Positions 42,252 through 54,823 are shown, numbered from the whole stretch's first letter. The stretch: 62,994 bases of DNA, filler included, from Vannella sp. (GCA_023345925.1; 7 parts of 7 records of this genome joined end to end with filler, not necessarily neighbours in it); one strand, 5' to 3'. A program made the numbers and translations. Notes: generated from the sequence alone by a model not told the origin.

Positions 42252-43120
42252 TTACCGTTCCAGAGGCTTCAGAGTGTTAACGTATCCGTAACGTGAGAAG
42301 ATCACAAACAGACGACGGAACCAGACGAACTGGGAGTGGTGCGCTCTCATAGCTCGGAAGGAAGCTGCTGGACTCGCTTGGGTGTAGACAATCGGTGCCC
42401 AGATGGAGAAGGCGGCATCGAAAGGGCCAATGTACTTTCGTAGGAGGTTCGTACTCTCTAATACCATCACTTGGACATACTGAGAGTCATCCCCTCCTTC
42501 TGTCCGTTGCTTTTCGTTGAATTCTCTGTCCCGTTTGAGTATCCTTGAGGTTAGAAGTGTGAATGAGGTGGTTACCTGACTCCGTAATGGACAGATATGT
42601 GGTTGGGGTGGCCAGACACTCCTCGGTCATCGAAAGTGATGAAAGTACCGTAACGGCCTTCTTTTTGGTGCTCTTGGAGCAGTTGAGCGATGAGAGAGTG
42701 AGACCAGGACTCCTTAGGACCATCTTGGAGCTCTGGATGATCTATCAAGTGGACATGGGAGACACCTAAGCCCTGGCAACTTGCTTGAAGCTCTTCTGCG
42801 CGAATCTGACCAAGTCCGTCGAAGCCACCATTAGAGAAGCAGATCACAGTCAACTCTTTCCCTTCAGAGACCAGTTCCTTGATCGTAGGAGCGAAGAACA
42901 TCGCCTCATCATCCGGATGAGCGATCACCAGCGCCACGCGGTCTCGATTCGGGTTCTGATGATGCCTGTCCACCTGCTCGCTATACCGTGTCTGATGCTG
43001 AGCCTTCTGATACAACAACAGCCCCACCAACACATTAAACACCACAAAAGCCCACTTGAACAGCTCCCTTCCTTCCTCCCAGCCCCAAAAGGCCTCCCCC
43101 ACACTCCTCACCTCCTCCAT
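42252..43120 (-). CDS. PIGL: N-acetylglucosaminyl-phosphatidylinositol de-N-acetylase (introns)
   Basis: VIAHPDDEAMFFAPTI, GLGQIRAEEL, ITFDDRGVSGHPNH, AMRAHHSQFVWFRRLFVIFSRY. Confidence 0.95.
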
Positions 43121-43196
43121 TAGAAAGAGCGCAAAAAAAGAATCAGAATAGTATTCATTAGACTCGCGGGAGACCATTTTTTAGTGGCTTGGGGTG

Positions 43197-45576
43197 ATGA
43201 CCACTGCTCAGGAGGTTTTGAGAGGTTGGTTGGGCGTAGGGAGGTGCTTGGTAAGGATTGCTGATGGAATGGGTGGTAGAGAAGCGACTGGCTCTTACCA
43301 AGTTCCTTGCTCAACGGGAGGACGAGTTCTCTTCTCCTGTTCCGTTGACGTGAGGGCGCCGTTGGCTGCTTGGCTTGAGTTCTGACGATTGGGGCTCTAG
43401 ATTGTTCTGTGGGACGTGGAACGTTAATGGGAAGAAGCCTTCCGAGTCACTGTACCCTTGGTTGATGAATGAAGTCGCAAGAGCCGATCATCCCGACATT
43501 TACGTCCTTGGGTGGGTCTCCGTCTGGCTTCTTCCCGTTCCACCTTGCTCTAACGTCACAAAAGGTTCCAAGAGTTAGACCTCACAAGTGGTGCACTCCT
43601 GCTAGGCGACACTTCGCGAGCATTCCTGTGGGAACGACAAATCGTGGAAGAACTGAACTCTACGGGGACCACCTACTCGCTGGTTCACTCCAAACAGCTA
43701 GTTGGTATACTTCTATGTATATTGGTCCAGGAGAAACATCTGCCACACGTCAGCCAGTTCCAAAGCAGCTATGCTGGATGTGGTCTCATGGGAATGATGG
43801 GCAACAAAGGTGGCGTTGGCATTCGCTTCCGACTCTACGATTCCTCAATCTGTTTCGTCAACTCTCACCTCTCTGCGCACACGGAGAACGTTCAACGACG
43901 CAACCAGGACTTCCACGACATCTGCCGTCGCTTGGTCTTCACAGACAACAAAGGAGAGTCCTATTACTCCATTTTCCAGCACGAGTATGTTTTCAATACT
44001 CTGATCTACATTCTGACAAGCTGTGTAGCTTCCTCATATGGATTGGTGACCTCAACTACCGTTTGGAGTTGGATGACTTTACTGTGCGCTCCAAGATCAA
44101 GTCTAGAGAGTATGATGATCTACTCCATCATGACCAAGTAGGCTTTTTATTCGTCTCCAGCTTGTGTGCTGACAGAATGGCTAGCTTTTGGAGCAACAGA
44201 AGATGGGGCTAGCTTTTGACAAGTTCCGAGAAGCGCCTATTAGCTTCGCTCCCTCGTATAAGTACGATCCAGGGACCAATAACTACGACACTAGTGAGAA
44301 GAAGCGCGCTCCCTCTTGGTGTGACCGAGTATTGTGGCTTGGAACATGCAAGCCCACAGTTAAATGGTACGGGCGGGATGAGTTGATCACCTCCGACCAC
44401 AAACCTGTCACTGCTATCATGCAGATACAAGCTAAGAAGATCGACCAAGACAAGCGACGAAGCATTGGTAACGACATCACCAAACAATTGGACCGCCAAG
44501 AGAACGACAGAATTCCGCAATGTGAGCTGAGCGAGACAATCCTGGACATTGGACCGGTCCGCTTTATGGAGGAAGTGACACGGACAGTAACAATCCGGAA
44601 CACAAGTCTCTCGTCTAGTCTGGATGACCACGTCAACTTCTTCTTTGTGCCTAAGCCACATTCTGGTTCTCAGGAGATTGGCAAGTCTTGGCTCACTGTG
44701 AACCCGGAATGGGGCGTTATGGGTCCAGGAGAGACTGCTACTATCACTGTAACAGTCTATGTCGAAGCAGAGGCATCTGCATTTAACTTGGGACGAGAGA
44801 AGCTCAGTGATATTCTCATCCTTCGCCTCGAGAACGGAGTCGACCATTATGTAAGTACTACTGTATACAGGCAACTGCTCACATGGCATCAGCTGGAAGT
44901 TCGAGGCCAATATGTACACAGCTGTGTGGCCAATTACATTGACTATTTAGTTCGCCAACCCGGTCCCATCAGGGCGAACTCAGAGCCACTTCCTTCTGGC
45001 TCTCCCCAGATTCTCAGTGTGCCCAAGGAGCTCTGGAACCTTATTGATAGCCTTTCTCGCTTCCCCAATCAAGTGAGTTAGTGACTTGAAGGGAACCTAA
45101 ACTCACCCATGAGAAAGAAAGAGCTGTTTACCGATGAGGACGCTGGCGACTTGAAAGAAGTGGAGTGCATTATCGATGCCCTAGACCAAGCACAACCCAT
45201 CCCAGCGGGATGCTCCATCCATTCTGTGGGAGAAGCTTTGCTGAGTTTCTTGAATACTTTGGCAGAGCCGGTAGTCCCCTTTGCCATGTATCAGCGCTTT
45301 GTTAATACTGATAGCTATGGAGAGTACAAGCAACTCCTCCTCAGCCTGAAGACAGCGCACTACAACGTATTCTACTATCTGGTGGCGTTCCTCCGAGATA
45401 GCGTTTTGAGAATCTCCAGCGAGTCTCCTCCCACTTCAGAACGTGTTGATCAAGTGGCATCTGTCTTTGCTGAAGTGATCTTACGCGCTCCTCACGTGGA
45501 ACAACAAGACAATTACAAACGAGCTGTCCAATTCATTCGATCCTTCTTGGCCTCACCTGTCCTGAGGATTCCCTGA
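43197..45576 (+). CDS. OCRL: OCRL/INPP5B-type inositol polyphosphate 5-phosphatase with ASH and RhoGAP-like domains (many introns)
   Basis: FCGTWNVNGK, GMMGNKGGV, FVNSHL, WIGDLNYRL, PSYKYDPGT...KRAPSWCDRVLW, SDHKPV, ILILRLENG, SVPKELW, SVGEALLSFL. Confidence 0.93.
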
Positions 45577-45862
45577 TCCAAAGCATGGACCCACGAAAAC
45601 ACATCCAATACGGTGGAGAAGTATCCCTCTATAAATCAGAATGATGCCAGTCGAATTTGAATCACTTTTCAACGATTTGAAATCTCACAGCTAAGCTCAT
45701 TCCAGAGCTACTAATCAATGAAGATGGTCTTCAGCTGGAAAGAGTTTATTCCTCATTAAAGAGGGGAGGATTTAAATGCCCCATGACGGACCGGGACATC
45801 GAAGGAGAGTGAGCGATCTATTCGCTCTGGATGTGTTCTGTCCCGCCCATTCAAGTAAGTGG

Positions 45863-46555
45863 TCAAGATGGAAGATTGCGATCATCGAGGGACTTACGGA
45901 GAAAGGTAGCTCTGTGATATATTCTCCGTCGAAAATGTACTTCCACCACCAAAACACAGAGGCTAATCACCAGGGCGGCTCCCGCCACCATTCCCAGGGA
46001 AACCCATCCAAGTGTGTTGTCAATGCTGCTAGAATGGCAAGGATCCTTTCCATTTCCTTTTCCTGTAAAGAGGAGGGCAAAGTCTGTGAGATGGCCTGTT
46101 TGGCCGCACAAAAAGTTGGCCTCCTCTGCACCGGTGCTCCTCTCGGCAGTGCCGTTTGGAGGGAAAGTAGTGAGGCACTCGTCTTCGCATCTCCATTCAC
46201 CTTCACCTTTGTCGTAATAGCTTAGGCATACGCTCTTTCTCTTTGTGTTGATGGGAAGGGCCAAACAGATGGTCAGCGGCGAGTCCAATTGAGTGATGGA
46301 GTTGCCTTGGGCGTCCAGAAGAATGATGTTCAGGGCAGTGCTGGCCAGTGGTTGCTCGTTGAACGGGTTTACGACGGAGCTATCTTGAAATGAAGTGATC
46401 AATGTGGTGTTGGCTTCGTTGCTTAGGTTGGGAGGGACCAAAAGAGCTCCCACTGCTCCCTCTCCAGGAAGGCCAAGAAGCCCCACAATTCGGTTGGAGG
46501 TGAGGTTGGAGGGGAAGATGGCGATTGCAATTATTGAAGGACTGATAGAGGGAGA
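45863..46555 (-). CDS. 3' part of a single-pass membrane protein with GPS/GAIN-like autoproteolysis motif
   Basis: LTICL...VCLSYYD...WRCEDECL...LCGQTGHLTDFALL followed by a TM helix; 5' end lost at contig end. Confidence 0.78.
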   Translation of the reverse strand, partial: SPSISPSIIAIAIFPSNLTSNRIVGLLGLPGEGAVGALLVPPNLSNEANTTLITSFQDSSVVNPFNEQPLASTALNIILLDAQGNSITQLDSPLTICLALPINTKRKSVCLSYYDKGEGEWRCEDECLTTFPPNGTAERSTGAEEANFLCGQTGHLTDFALLFTGKGNGKDPCHSSSIDNTLGWVSLGMVAGAALVISLCVLVVEVHFRRRIYHRATFLRKSLDDRNLPS

Positions 46556-46655
46556 NNNNNNNNNNNNNNNNNNNNNNNNNNNNNNNNNNNNNNNNNNNNT
46601 TAATTAATTAANNNNNNNNNNNNNNNNNNNNNNNNNNNNNNNNNNNNNNNNNNNN
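46556..46655. other. Artificial contig linker
   Basis: 44N-TTAATTAATTAA-44N. Confidence 0.98.
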
Positions 46656-46817
46656 TAAAGGTGTGATAATTACACATTCGGGGGTCCGAACCAATCAGAA
46701 GACGTTTATAGTGGCCGGCCACTTATTCCATTTCTCCGGATGATTGACGCGTTGATGCCAGTCAACCTCAGAAGCACTTCTCAGCAAAGGTGGAGCATTT
46801 ATGAAAGCGTTCTCGTT

Positions 46818-47825
46818 CTACAGGAGACCAAAGATCTCCTCCCGAGCATCCGCAGGAATGGGCATGGAGGTTGTGAGATAGATTTGATACTGGCAGTCTT
46901 CTGGAAGATGGCGGGAGATGGTACCACGGACTGAGGTTGGCACATACTGATCCGGATCCAGATATCTCTTCCAAAGGAGAGCCGGATCACCGATCCTCGG
47001 TTCTTGCATCACAGGAACCAACGCATCAGGCTCTGAATCTGTAATGGGCGCTCTATTTTGGCCTTCCCAGACTTTCTGTGAGGCAAACACAAACGCAAAG
47101 AACTCATGGCCCTCTTCAAGAGAGCCCATGCTCCAATGCGGCTGTGTTAAGCAAGCATTAATGCGTTCATTAACAGAGGAGTGGTCGACAAAGAACTCCG
47201 TATCGATACTGCAAGTTGTCTTGTGGTCTCCTCCGACCACTTCGTTGAGTTTACGAAGAATTGGGGGATTCCGGCTATCAGACTGCATGTAGTGCAAACC
47301 AGATGAATGAATGAGTTCATCAGCATACCGCCGGATGTATTCCGGTCGACATCGGAGCATCATCATCGCCTCTAAGGCACGAACAGCAGCGGGATTGGAA
47401 GAAACGAGCCCAACTGCGGCATACCGGTCATCACGGATTGCATTGAGCATCCTTTTCGCGATGCCCATGGAGCGAAACTCCGTGTGGACCACCAATTGAG
47501 TGATCCAGAGTGCTTGGGCCCCTCCAACGCATGGGCCAGCGGGATTCCAGAAGGGGAATCGCAGTGCAAATGCATGTCCAACAAGAATTCCTCCAACTCG
47601 TGCAGTGACCAAGGAGCAGCGTTCATCATTGAAAAAGCGCTCTCTCAAGAGTTTCTCACTCAGTTTCACTCGTTGTCCCTGTAGATGCCTTGCCTGAGGT
47701 CCCCAAACGCCGTAGTGCTCCGAAAAGAGCTTCGCACAGCTACTTAACGTCGGATCACCAAGGGGTGCAGCAAAGAACTCCCTCACTTCAAGGCTCGGGA
47801 AAAGAGCAGGGCGAGCTTCCACCAT
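46818..47825 (-). CDS. GNAT-family acetyltransferase
   Basis: WITQLVVHTEFRSMGIAKRML (acetyl-CoA motif A), CAKLFSEHYGVWG, GLVSSNPAAVRAL, DTEFFVDH, EGHEF. Intronless. Confidence 0.8.
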   Translation of the reverse strand: MVEARPALFPSLEVREFFAAPLGDPTLSSCAKLFSEHYGVWGPQARHLQGQRVKLSEKLLRERFFNDERCSLVTARVGGILVGHAFALRFPFWNPAGPCVGGAQALWITQLVVHTEFRSMGIAKRMLNAIRDDRYAAVGLVSSNPAAVRALEAMMMLRCRPEYIRRYADELIHSSGLHYMQSDSRNPPILRKLNEVVGGDHKTTCSIDTEFFVDHSSVNERINACLTQPHWSMGSLEEGHEFFAFVFASQKVWEGQNRAPITDSEPDALVPVMQEPRIGDPALLWKRYLDPDQYVPTSVRGTISRHLPEDCQYQIYLTTSMPIPADAREEIFGLL

Positions 47826-48094
47826 CGCTGAGACCCCGCTGAATGATATACTTTGTGACCAAATGACCAAACTTTCAATCTGTTTCGTGCTAATGACAGC
47901 GGGAAATGACAAAAACTAAATCCGTGGGCATCCCATCAAATTCGACTGGGAATAGAATGAAAGGGATTATTTAATGATTGTTAATTTTTTACTTTTGGGG
48001 TGGATCATTACTTTGACGTAGAGACGTTTCTTGAGGACGACCCTGTGAGAAAGGAGAAAGGGGATGGAGGGGATGGAGGGGAGTGCAGACTGAA

Positions 48095-49744
48095 ATGGGG
48101 TCACTCTTGGGCGGGATGGGGTCGGAGGAGCAAGCGAGGGCACGGAGGGGGAAACCGATATCTTGGAACCTCAGCCTGATCTTGGTTGTTGTGTTGTTGG
48201 GATCGATAGCAGTGATGAGGATGTACTCGCTTACCGTGGGCATGAGTCGGCCAACGCGGAATCTTTACACCTTTCCTGAAAGGGGGTTCACTCGAGACGT
48301 CCGCTCACTTTCTGGCTTGGCTATCACGCATCTGGTTGATCCAGCGAGCTCCATGTTCTGGAGGAAAGCACGTCCATTGATGTCACTCCCAAATGCGCCA
48401 TCAAAACCTGTCCCTCTGGAGAAGTGCGAGGGTCTTTCATCTTGGGATCGCGTAGGTCCCTCCTCCTCTCGTTTGCAAAGCATTGGGGTTCTAAATACCC
48501 TATCTATAGCTGAGAGATGCTGAATGCCACAAGGAGTGGTCTCAGAAGCTCCGTGACGGCAAGATTGTTGACATCGACATGATGCTTGGCTTCAAGAAGG
48601 GAAAGCGCAACGCTTTCCGCGTCGTTTTTGACGACAATTCTCACGGATGGTTCAAGGTAGGTTCTTCCTGAAGCGCTCTCTCGCTCACAAGCACAGACTT
48701 GCCCAGGAGAAGGCGAGAATCCAAAGATGGAAGTTGTTGGCTATCTCCTCGATATGCTCATGGGCTTCTTCACCGTAAGGATAGACTACTGTAGCTAATA
48801 GCTGTGGTGTCATTGACTTGCGGTTAGATTGCCCCGGCCGTCACAAGAACACTGAAAGTGCCGGAATTGGAAAATATTTTGCGCCAAAACGGAAGAAGAG
48901 ACTTTCTTACTCTGATTGCCCAAACAGACTATGTTTGTGGGTCTGGCGAGTAAGTATGTTTGTGCTTTGGAGAAGGCTAACCATGCGGAAGGGTGTTGGA
49001 GGGAGTGATGATGGGTTGGTGGGACAATTTGGAAGAAACACAATCGCCTGTCAAGAAGAAGCGGGCAGAAGTTGACGACCAAGAAATAGCGTTTGTTAGA
49101 AAACATTGGGAGTAAGGTTTACTCGAGAGTGAAGGCTCTACTGTGCTAATGGTTGGAAGATTGCTTCGAGAAAGGCGGAATGTCTACCCGATTGAGGAGA
49201 TGCCCCGCAACCACGTCCTTTTATTCCTTCTGAATATCCTTCAAACACCTGGACACAACGAATTCCGAGTAGCCAACGGCTCGCTAGTTGCGGTTGATGT
49301 CGACCGGGCCGAGTTTAACTTCTCCCCTCGAGCCAAAACTGGATTTGGGTGCGTTCTCTGCCAGCACTGCTCTTTCCTGACCAAGAGAACAGACTAGAGC
49401 AACTATGCAAGATAGATTCAGAGACTCTATTCATACTGCGATCGCTAGATGGCAGCATTACCCAGGTACTAACCCATCCCAATATCGACATTCCCTTTCT
49501 CTAACTCCCTTAACCAGCCCAAGTCCCTTGCCTACTTGCTTCTTCGATCCCTAAGTCTAACTGCACCTGAAATATCATTTCCATTGGACCACGCTCGAGT
49601 AAGTCCCCTCCCCTCGGAAGAGTCCGCCCTCACCAAACCTCGAAGATGCTCCAAAAGAGAATTGAGTATCTTCTTGATGCCTTTGACTCGTGCGTGGAGC
49701 GATTCGGGTATGAGAGCGTTGTATATGATCTACAAAGGAAATAG
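48095..49744 (+). CDS. Second FAM20-like secretory-pathway kinase (type II membrane, many introns)
   Basis: TM LSLILVVVLLGSIAVM; FRVVFDDNSHGWFK; MEVVGYLLDMLMGFFT; GHNEF...VAVDVDR; spliced C-terminus MLQKRIEYLLDAFDSCVERFGYESVVYD resembles the FAM20C end. Confidence 0.7.
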
Positions 49745-49769
49745 AAGCTTGCCAAATGGCCATTCTTTG

Positions 49770-50815
49770 ATGGAGCGCCTCCTCGATGGCCCAAGTGCCT
49801 TTGACGACACCGATGAAGATTTGCGCTTTGGGGACGATGCGGGGGACTATGATGTGAAGGGTAGACAGGAAGGGCCGGTATGTGACATGTTGGGAGGAGT
49901 GGGAACGTCTCTGAGCGGGGTACAGTCGGAAGAGGCTTTGACGATGACCGCGCCGGGCAGTAACACTTCGCAAGCGCAGCAGGGTCGCTCGTTAGCAGGG
50001 CCTAAAGGAGTCATTGCTGATTATGAAGAGGCAAAGCATCGAATGGTGAGGGGGGATCGCCACAGCAACCAGGAATTCACCATCCCACATGCAGTACATC
50101 AAACACGAACGCGACCAAGCACGTCTTGAACGTACCGCACACAAGAACTCCTTCACTGTCATGTCGTCGAGAGAGGAAGAGTCTATGCGCCACAAAGAAG
50201 AGGAGATCCAACAAGAACTGGAAGAGCTAGTGGACGATGAGGACGCTTTCTTCCAAAAGTACCGCGAAATGCGCATGCGCCAGTGGCAGGAGCAACAGAT
50301 GTAAGCGTGTTAGACTCCCTAGTGTACTATCCTCACACCACAATGCTAGTAAGCGCTACGGCGAGCTTGTGCATGTCACACGAGACGACTTTCTGGACGA
50401 AATCGACGAAGAGCCTGAAGCGACGTGGATCGTCGTCCACCTGTACCAAGCAGTGAGTAGCACAGAAACAGGATCACCCAACTCATACGTAGGTAGTACT
50501 ACGCGCCATGTGTGCAGACGAATGAGTGTTTGAGGATTCTCGCACAGAAACACACTCGAGTGAAGTTTATGAAGGCTGTTGCGACTGATCTGAAGCCTGG
50601 ATGGGACCCCGTAGCTCTACCGAGTCTCCTCATCTACAAAGGAAAGAAGTTCGTCAAAAGCTTCATTCGCATCACAGAGGACTTGGGCGATCGGTTCAAG
50701 TGGCGTGATCTGGAAGGCCTTCTTGCAGAGTAGGAACAGCCCTTGCTCTACTTGATCATGTCGCTAACTACAGAGCTGCGTTAGAGAGGGGATCCTCACT
50801 CCGCAACAGGACTAA
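49770..50815 (+). CDS. PDCL: Phosducin-like protein (PhLP1-type; introns)
   Basis: AGPKGVIADY, FFQKYREMRMRQW, FLDEID...IVVHLY, VKFMK...ALPSLLIYK. Confidence 0.88.
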
Positions 50816-51086
50816 ACGCGGCTTTCTTCTCCCTTTTGACTCCACCGGCCCCGCTCTTGACCCTTGTCACATCCTCTTGCTACACTGAAGAGGGAAGCAT
50901 CTTGCGAGTGCGTCAACGAAGTCAGGGGTTGCTTCTGGGCCCAGGGGAGCACGAGCTCACCCTCCTTTGGCGGCCTGGAAGCTTGTCAGGACTTGCTGGC
51001 GGGCGCTGATGATAGAGAGATGAGAAGAGCCACGATTGTATCGTTTGAGAAGGAGGCAACCTCGTGGTCTGGGGAGGAAGAGCGGT

Positions 51087-51466
51087 TTAGATGTGGAAAA
51101 GGTTGTAAGTAGTAATCCACGTCAACAGGAACAGGGCGAAGGCTGGAAAGAGGCCCTCTTGAAGGAGGGGGAATCGCCCATACTCCTCATCATCCACACC
51201 GAGGAAGCGCGTGTAGTAGAAGAACGAAACAGCCACCGTGACCACTAAGAACCTTGCTACGGTGTCACTACGTGGTAAAGCCATCAATGAGGAAGAGAAG
51301 CTCACATAATGATACCTGTACTACCTAGAAGAGGAACTAAACCGCACACCAGGCCCACAACGAAGGCAATGATCTGTTTGATCGCCCCCACGACATCCAA
51401 AAGCTCATCCTTCCTCACAGTCAGCCTTCCTCCACCCTTCTGATTGAGTAACCCACCTTCTGCCAT
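51087..51466 (-). CDS. RAB5IF: RAB5IF/OPTI (Rab5ip/EMC6-like) membrane protein (1 intron)
   Basis: KDELLDVV...QIIAFVVGLVCGLVPLLG...FLGVDDEEYG...LLQEGLFPAFALFLLTWI. Confidence 0.88.
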
Positions 51467-51637
51467 GTACCACCAGCCTGCAAAGCTCGCTGCCACTTCG
51501 TAACTTCAACGGGAGGCTGCGAGGAGGGACTCTTCGGCATCGGGAGAAGAGAGAATGGCTTAAAGTGAAGGTTGAAGATGATCTATTGATACGTGTATGC
51601 TACAGGGGATGGATGGTCGCTAGGCCAGCCAAAGGGC

Positions 51638-52342
51638 CTATTTAAATACAAAGGTGAAGCGCTTGATTGCTTCTGGCTCGGAAGAGGATGAAGGAGGCAG
51701 GGTGGGGAGGGTTTGAAAGGTAACAGGTGACGGACCAGTACTACTAAAGGTCTTCACGCGAAAGTTAACGCCGGAGCACTTCAGGCGGTGGAGGTTCTCG
51801 ACAGAATGAAGCGCCGCTCGAGGAGGTGACTGCAGGTCTGGCTTCTTCAGCTCAGACACAGCAGCATCTGTGAGATAATCCATCGTTGACCTCGTTGGCG
51901 GTGTCGAGGAGTGGTCAGCAGTCACAATTGGACTGATCACGGGACGAGAAGTCTCTCCTCTCGAAGGAATCGGCCGTGTGATGGAGATGGTGTACAAGGT
52001 GGTCTCTGTCCCCTGCTGCGTGTTGGTGCGAGTTACCTTGTGCACGATGGAACCTCGTTGAGCTGGAACAGCGCTGGCAAAACGGAAAAGCGATTGTCGG
52101 TTGGGGGATTGCAGGCTTAGAACACGGGATGGAGGCTTGGAATGGGATTGGATGATGTCACCAGCAGATTGGCTACGCGGGATCGATGGGAGACAAGCTC
52201 GCTTAGCAGAAGGAGCCTCTTCCATCGCGACGGGGGCGGAGTGGCTTAAAGTCTCATTAGTTGAAGGGTCAGAGAGCCTTCGTTTGGTAAGCAATGAAGG
52301 ACTGCTAGGAGCAGAAGCAGGAGCTGTCTCTGTAGGTGCCAT
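51638..52342 (-). CDS. Ser/Pro/Thr-rich hypothetical protein
   Basis: 234-aa ATG-initiated ORF, disordered, KRR/KR NLS-like motifs. Confidence 0.6.
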   Translation of the reverse strand: MAPTETAPASAPSSPSLLTKRRLSDPSTNETLSHSAPVAMEEAPSAKRACLPSIPRSQSAGDIIQSHSKPPSRVLSLQSPNRQSLFRFASAVPAQRGSIVHKVTRTNTQQGTETTLYTISITRPIPSRGETSRPVISPIVTADHSSTPPTRSTMDYLTDAAVSELKKPDLQSPPRAALHSVENLHRLKCSGVNFRVKTFSSTGPSPVTFQTLPTLPPSSSSEPEAIKRFTFVFK

Positions 52343-52883
52343 GTTATAGTCGTTATGAGGAGGAATAGGAAAGAATCGGGAGGTAGACTGGTCAAGAGGA
52401 GGACTGGAGACTGATCGCTAACCGCTGCTACTTGTACCAAGCTGAACGAAGTCCGTTTGCTGATTCTCCCTCCCAAACCTCATAAACGGTCAAATCCGCC
52501 GCCTTTTTTAGGCGGGAGCGTCAGCCACCTCTCCCTCCCTAACGGTCAAAAGTAACCAACTTTCCGCCTCATCGTTGCCTATTCGCACAAGTTCAATGTA
52601 ACGATAGTTGATCATTGCGTAATGAGCAGCCAAAATGCTGGACCCGCGAAAAGGAAATGTGCCTTTTTTGTACATTACCAGGGCTATCGCCCAATCACTA
52701 TCGTAGTCCCCAAAAAAGTAGCTTTCTTGGTGAATAATGGCATCTTGAATTGTTTGGTCCAGGATCTACTTAAAATCGCAACGACAACTCTCAGGGACCC
52801 CGAGCAATTTTGGGAAAAAATCTGGGGGTTTTCACTATTTGTGTCCGTTCTACTTGAGACCATCCTCCCGGTTTTCTACGAAG

Positions 52884-54608
52884 ATGACATCGAAGATGCG
52901 GCGTGAGTCTCTGCATCTACCTTACCCTGTCCTCATCCCGGAGGCGCAAACCGAGCGATCTTCAACACGCCGCGCTGCGACGTACCTTCTCTCTCCCAAC
53001 TCTATGAAGCAGCATCTGTACAACCACAACAAAGAGTCCCACTCGGACCGTTCATGCATGCCAACGGAAGCTTTGAGAGCTATGCGTGATGAGCAGCAGA
53101 CCTCCTTCGTACTGTCAGCGGACAGCGTCCCAAACAAGGGCAAACTGACTCGTGTCTTCTCTATTCCTCGTCTGGGCCTAGAAACAGTCGGAAACCGTTC
53201 CTCATACCCTGTTCCTGTCTCTCAAATCCTCTCGCCTGGCCGCCCCGCCTCCCCGGAGAGATCGGAAGTCCTCGACCCATCCCAAGTGGTCCTCTTGCAG
53301 AGTGCCATTCGCAGATGGTCGATTCAACGAAGCATTCCACTATACGGTACGTAATACTGCTACACATGCTCATCTGGGGCGTTGGACTCACCCTCCAGCA
53401 GAGAAATGGAAGTCCGCTCGCAAGAACATCGTTATTGAGCTGGTTACGACGGAGGAGACTTACATTAGCCAGTTGGGTGTACTCAAGTGTATCTTTATTG
53501 AACCTCTCCGCAAGATCTCGGACGATCCAGGCATCGCTTCGCTCGCCTCGGAGGTCGAGATTATGATCAACTACAGCCGCTTGCTGTTGGGGAAGCTGAC
53601 ACAGACTCTCAAGCATTGGGATGACCGAAACTCAGTCATTGGCGACTACCTCTTGACGCACGTGCGGTTCATGAAGGTCTACACTCAATATGTTCAGTCG
53701 TATCGGGACGTTCAAGTCCTTCTGCGGACCAAGAGGGAGACCTGCTCCACTTTTCGCAAGGTCTTGGAGGTAGGTTTGATCATGAAGAGACACTGAGAGT
53801 GCTAACCGTACCGTAGAAAGCAGAAAACCAAGCGCAAAAGCAGGGATTCAACACGTTCCTCATCCTCCCTATCCAGCGCCTCCCCCGTTATCAGATGCTT
53901 CTTCAGGTACGTCTACAACACTACTGCACCTTTGCATACTAATCAAACCGCTGCCAGACACTTGTCCATAGGACAGTCCCGTTCCACATCGATTCCAGTC
54001 CTCTTCGAGAGGCTCTGAAGAAGATGATCGAAGTCAATTTGTACGTGGACCAACGAGAAAAGGAGTCTGAGGACATCCGAAAGGTCCTGCTCATCCAAGA
54101 GCAGTTTTCTGGGAAGTTCACCCGATTGGCTCTTCCTCACCGTCGCTTTGTGAGGGATGGGCCCGTCTTCAATCCTGCCACTAAGAAGCAGTGCCATTGG
54201 TTTCTTTTTAATGACTTGCTGGTCGTCACCCGCGCCATGCGCAACCGGAAGTACCACGTTCAAGAAATGATCAATTTAGTTGATTTCAGCCTTTACGAGA
54301 ACCAGCCAGCTACTCAAGTGACTCTTGGTGGTGTCCGCTCTGAGGATAACGAGGAGACTACAACACTGTTCTTGAAAACATCCGGGGTCAAGTACCTGCC
54401 GTATGTGCTTTCTTCCACAGAAGAGAAAGCCTCTTGGGTGAGCAGTATTAGTGTGTTGCAACGCAGCGTCTGCATCAATCTAGCCTCCATCGAGGGAAGT
54501 CATTCCAACCAACCCAGTCGTCGATCGAGAACCCCAGAAAGGCACAAACGCACTTCCATCACCCACGCCCGATTTGCTTCTCTCCGTCCTGGTAAGACGA
54601 CCCTTTAA
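52884..54608 (+). CDS. DH-PH RhoGEF (introns)
   Basis: RKNIVIELVTTEETYISQL, FMKVYTQYV, FLILPIQRLPRYQMLL, LPHRRFVRDG, WFLFNDLLV, EEKASW. Confidence 0.92.
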
Positions 54609-54723
54609 TTAGGCGAATTCGCGTCCGGCCGTATATATAAATTGCTCAGAGTATTCTAAATTGCCCCTAATTTTGGGGGGCTATTTAACTGACATTTGGT
54701 GGTGCCCTTGGGAGGATGGGGGC

Positions 54724-54823
54724 NNNNNNNNNNNNNNNNNNNNNNNNNNNNNNNNNNNNNNNNNNNNTTAATTAATTAANNNNNNNNNNNNNNNNNNNNN
54801 NNNNNNNNNNNNNNNNNNNNNNN
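54724..54823. other. Artificial contig linker
   Basis: 44N-TTAATTAATTAA-44N. Confidence 0.98.
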
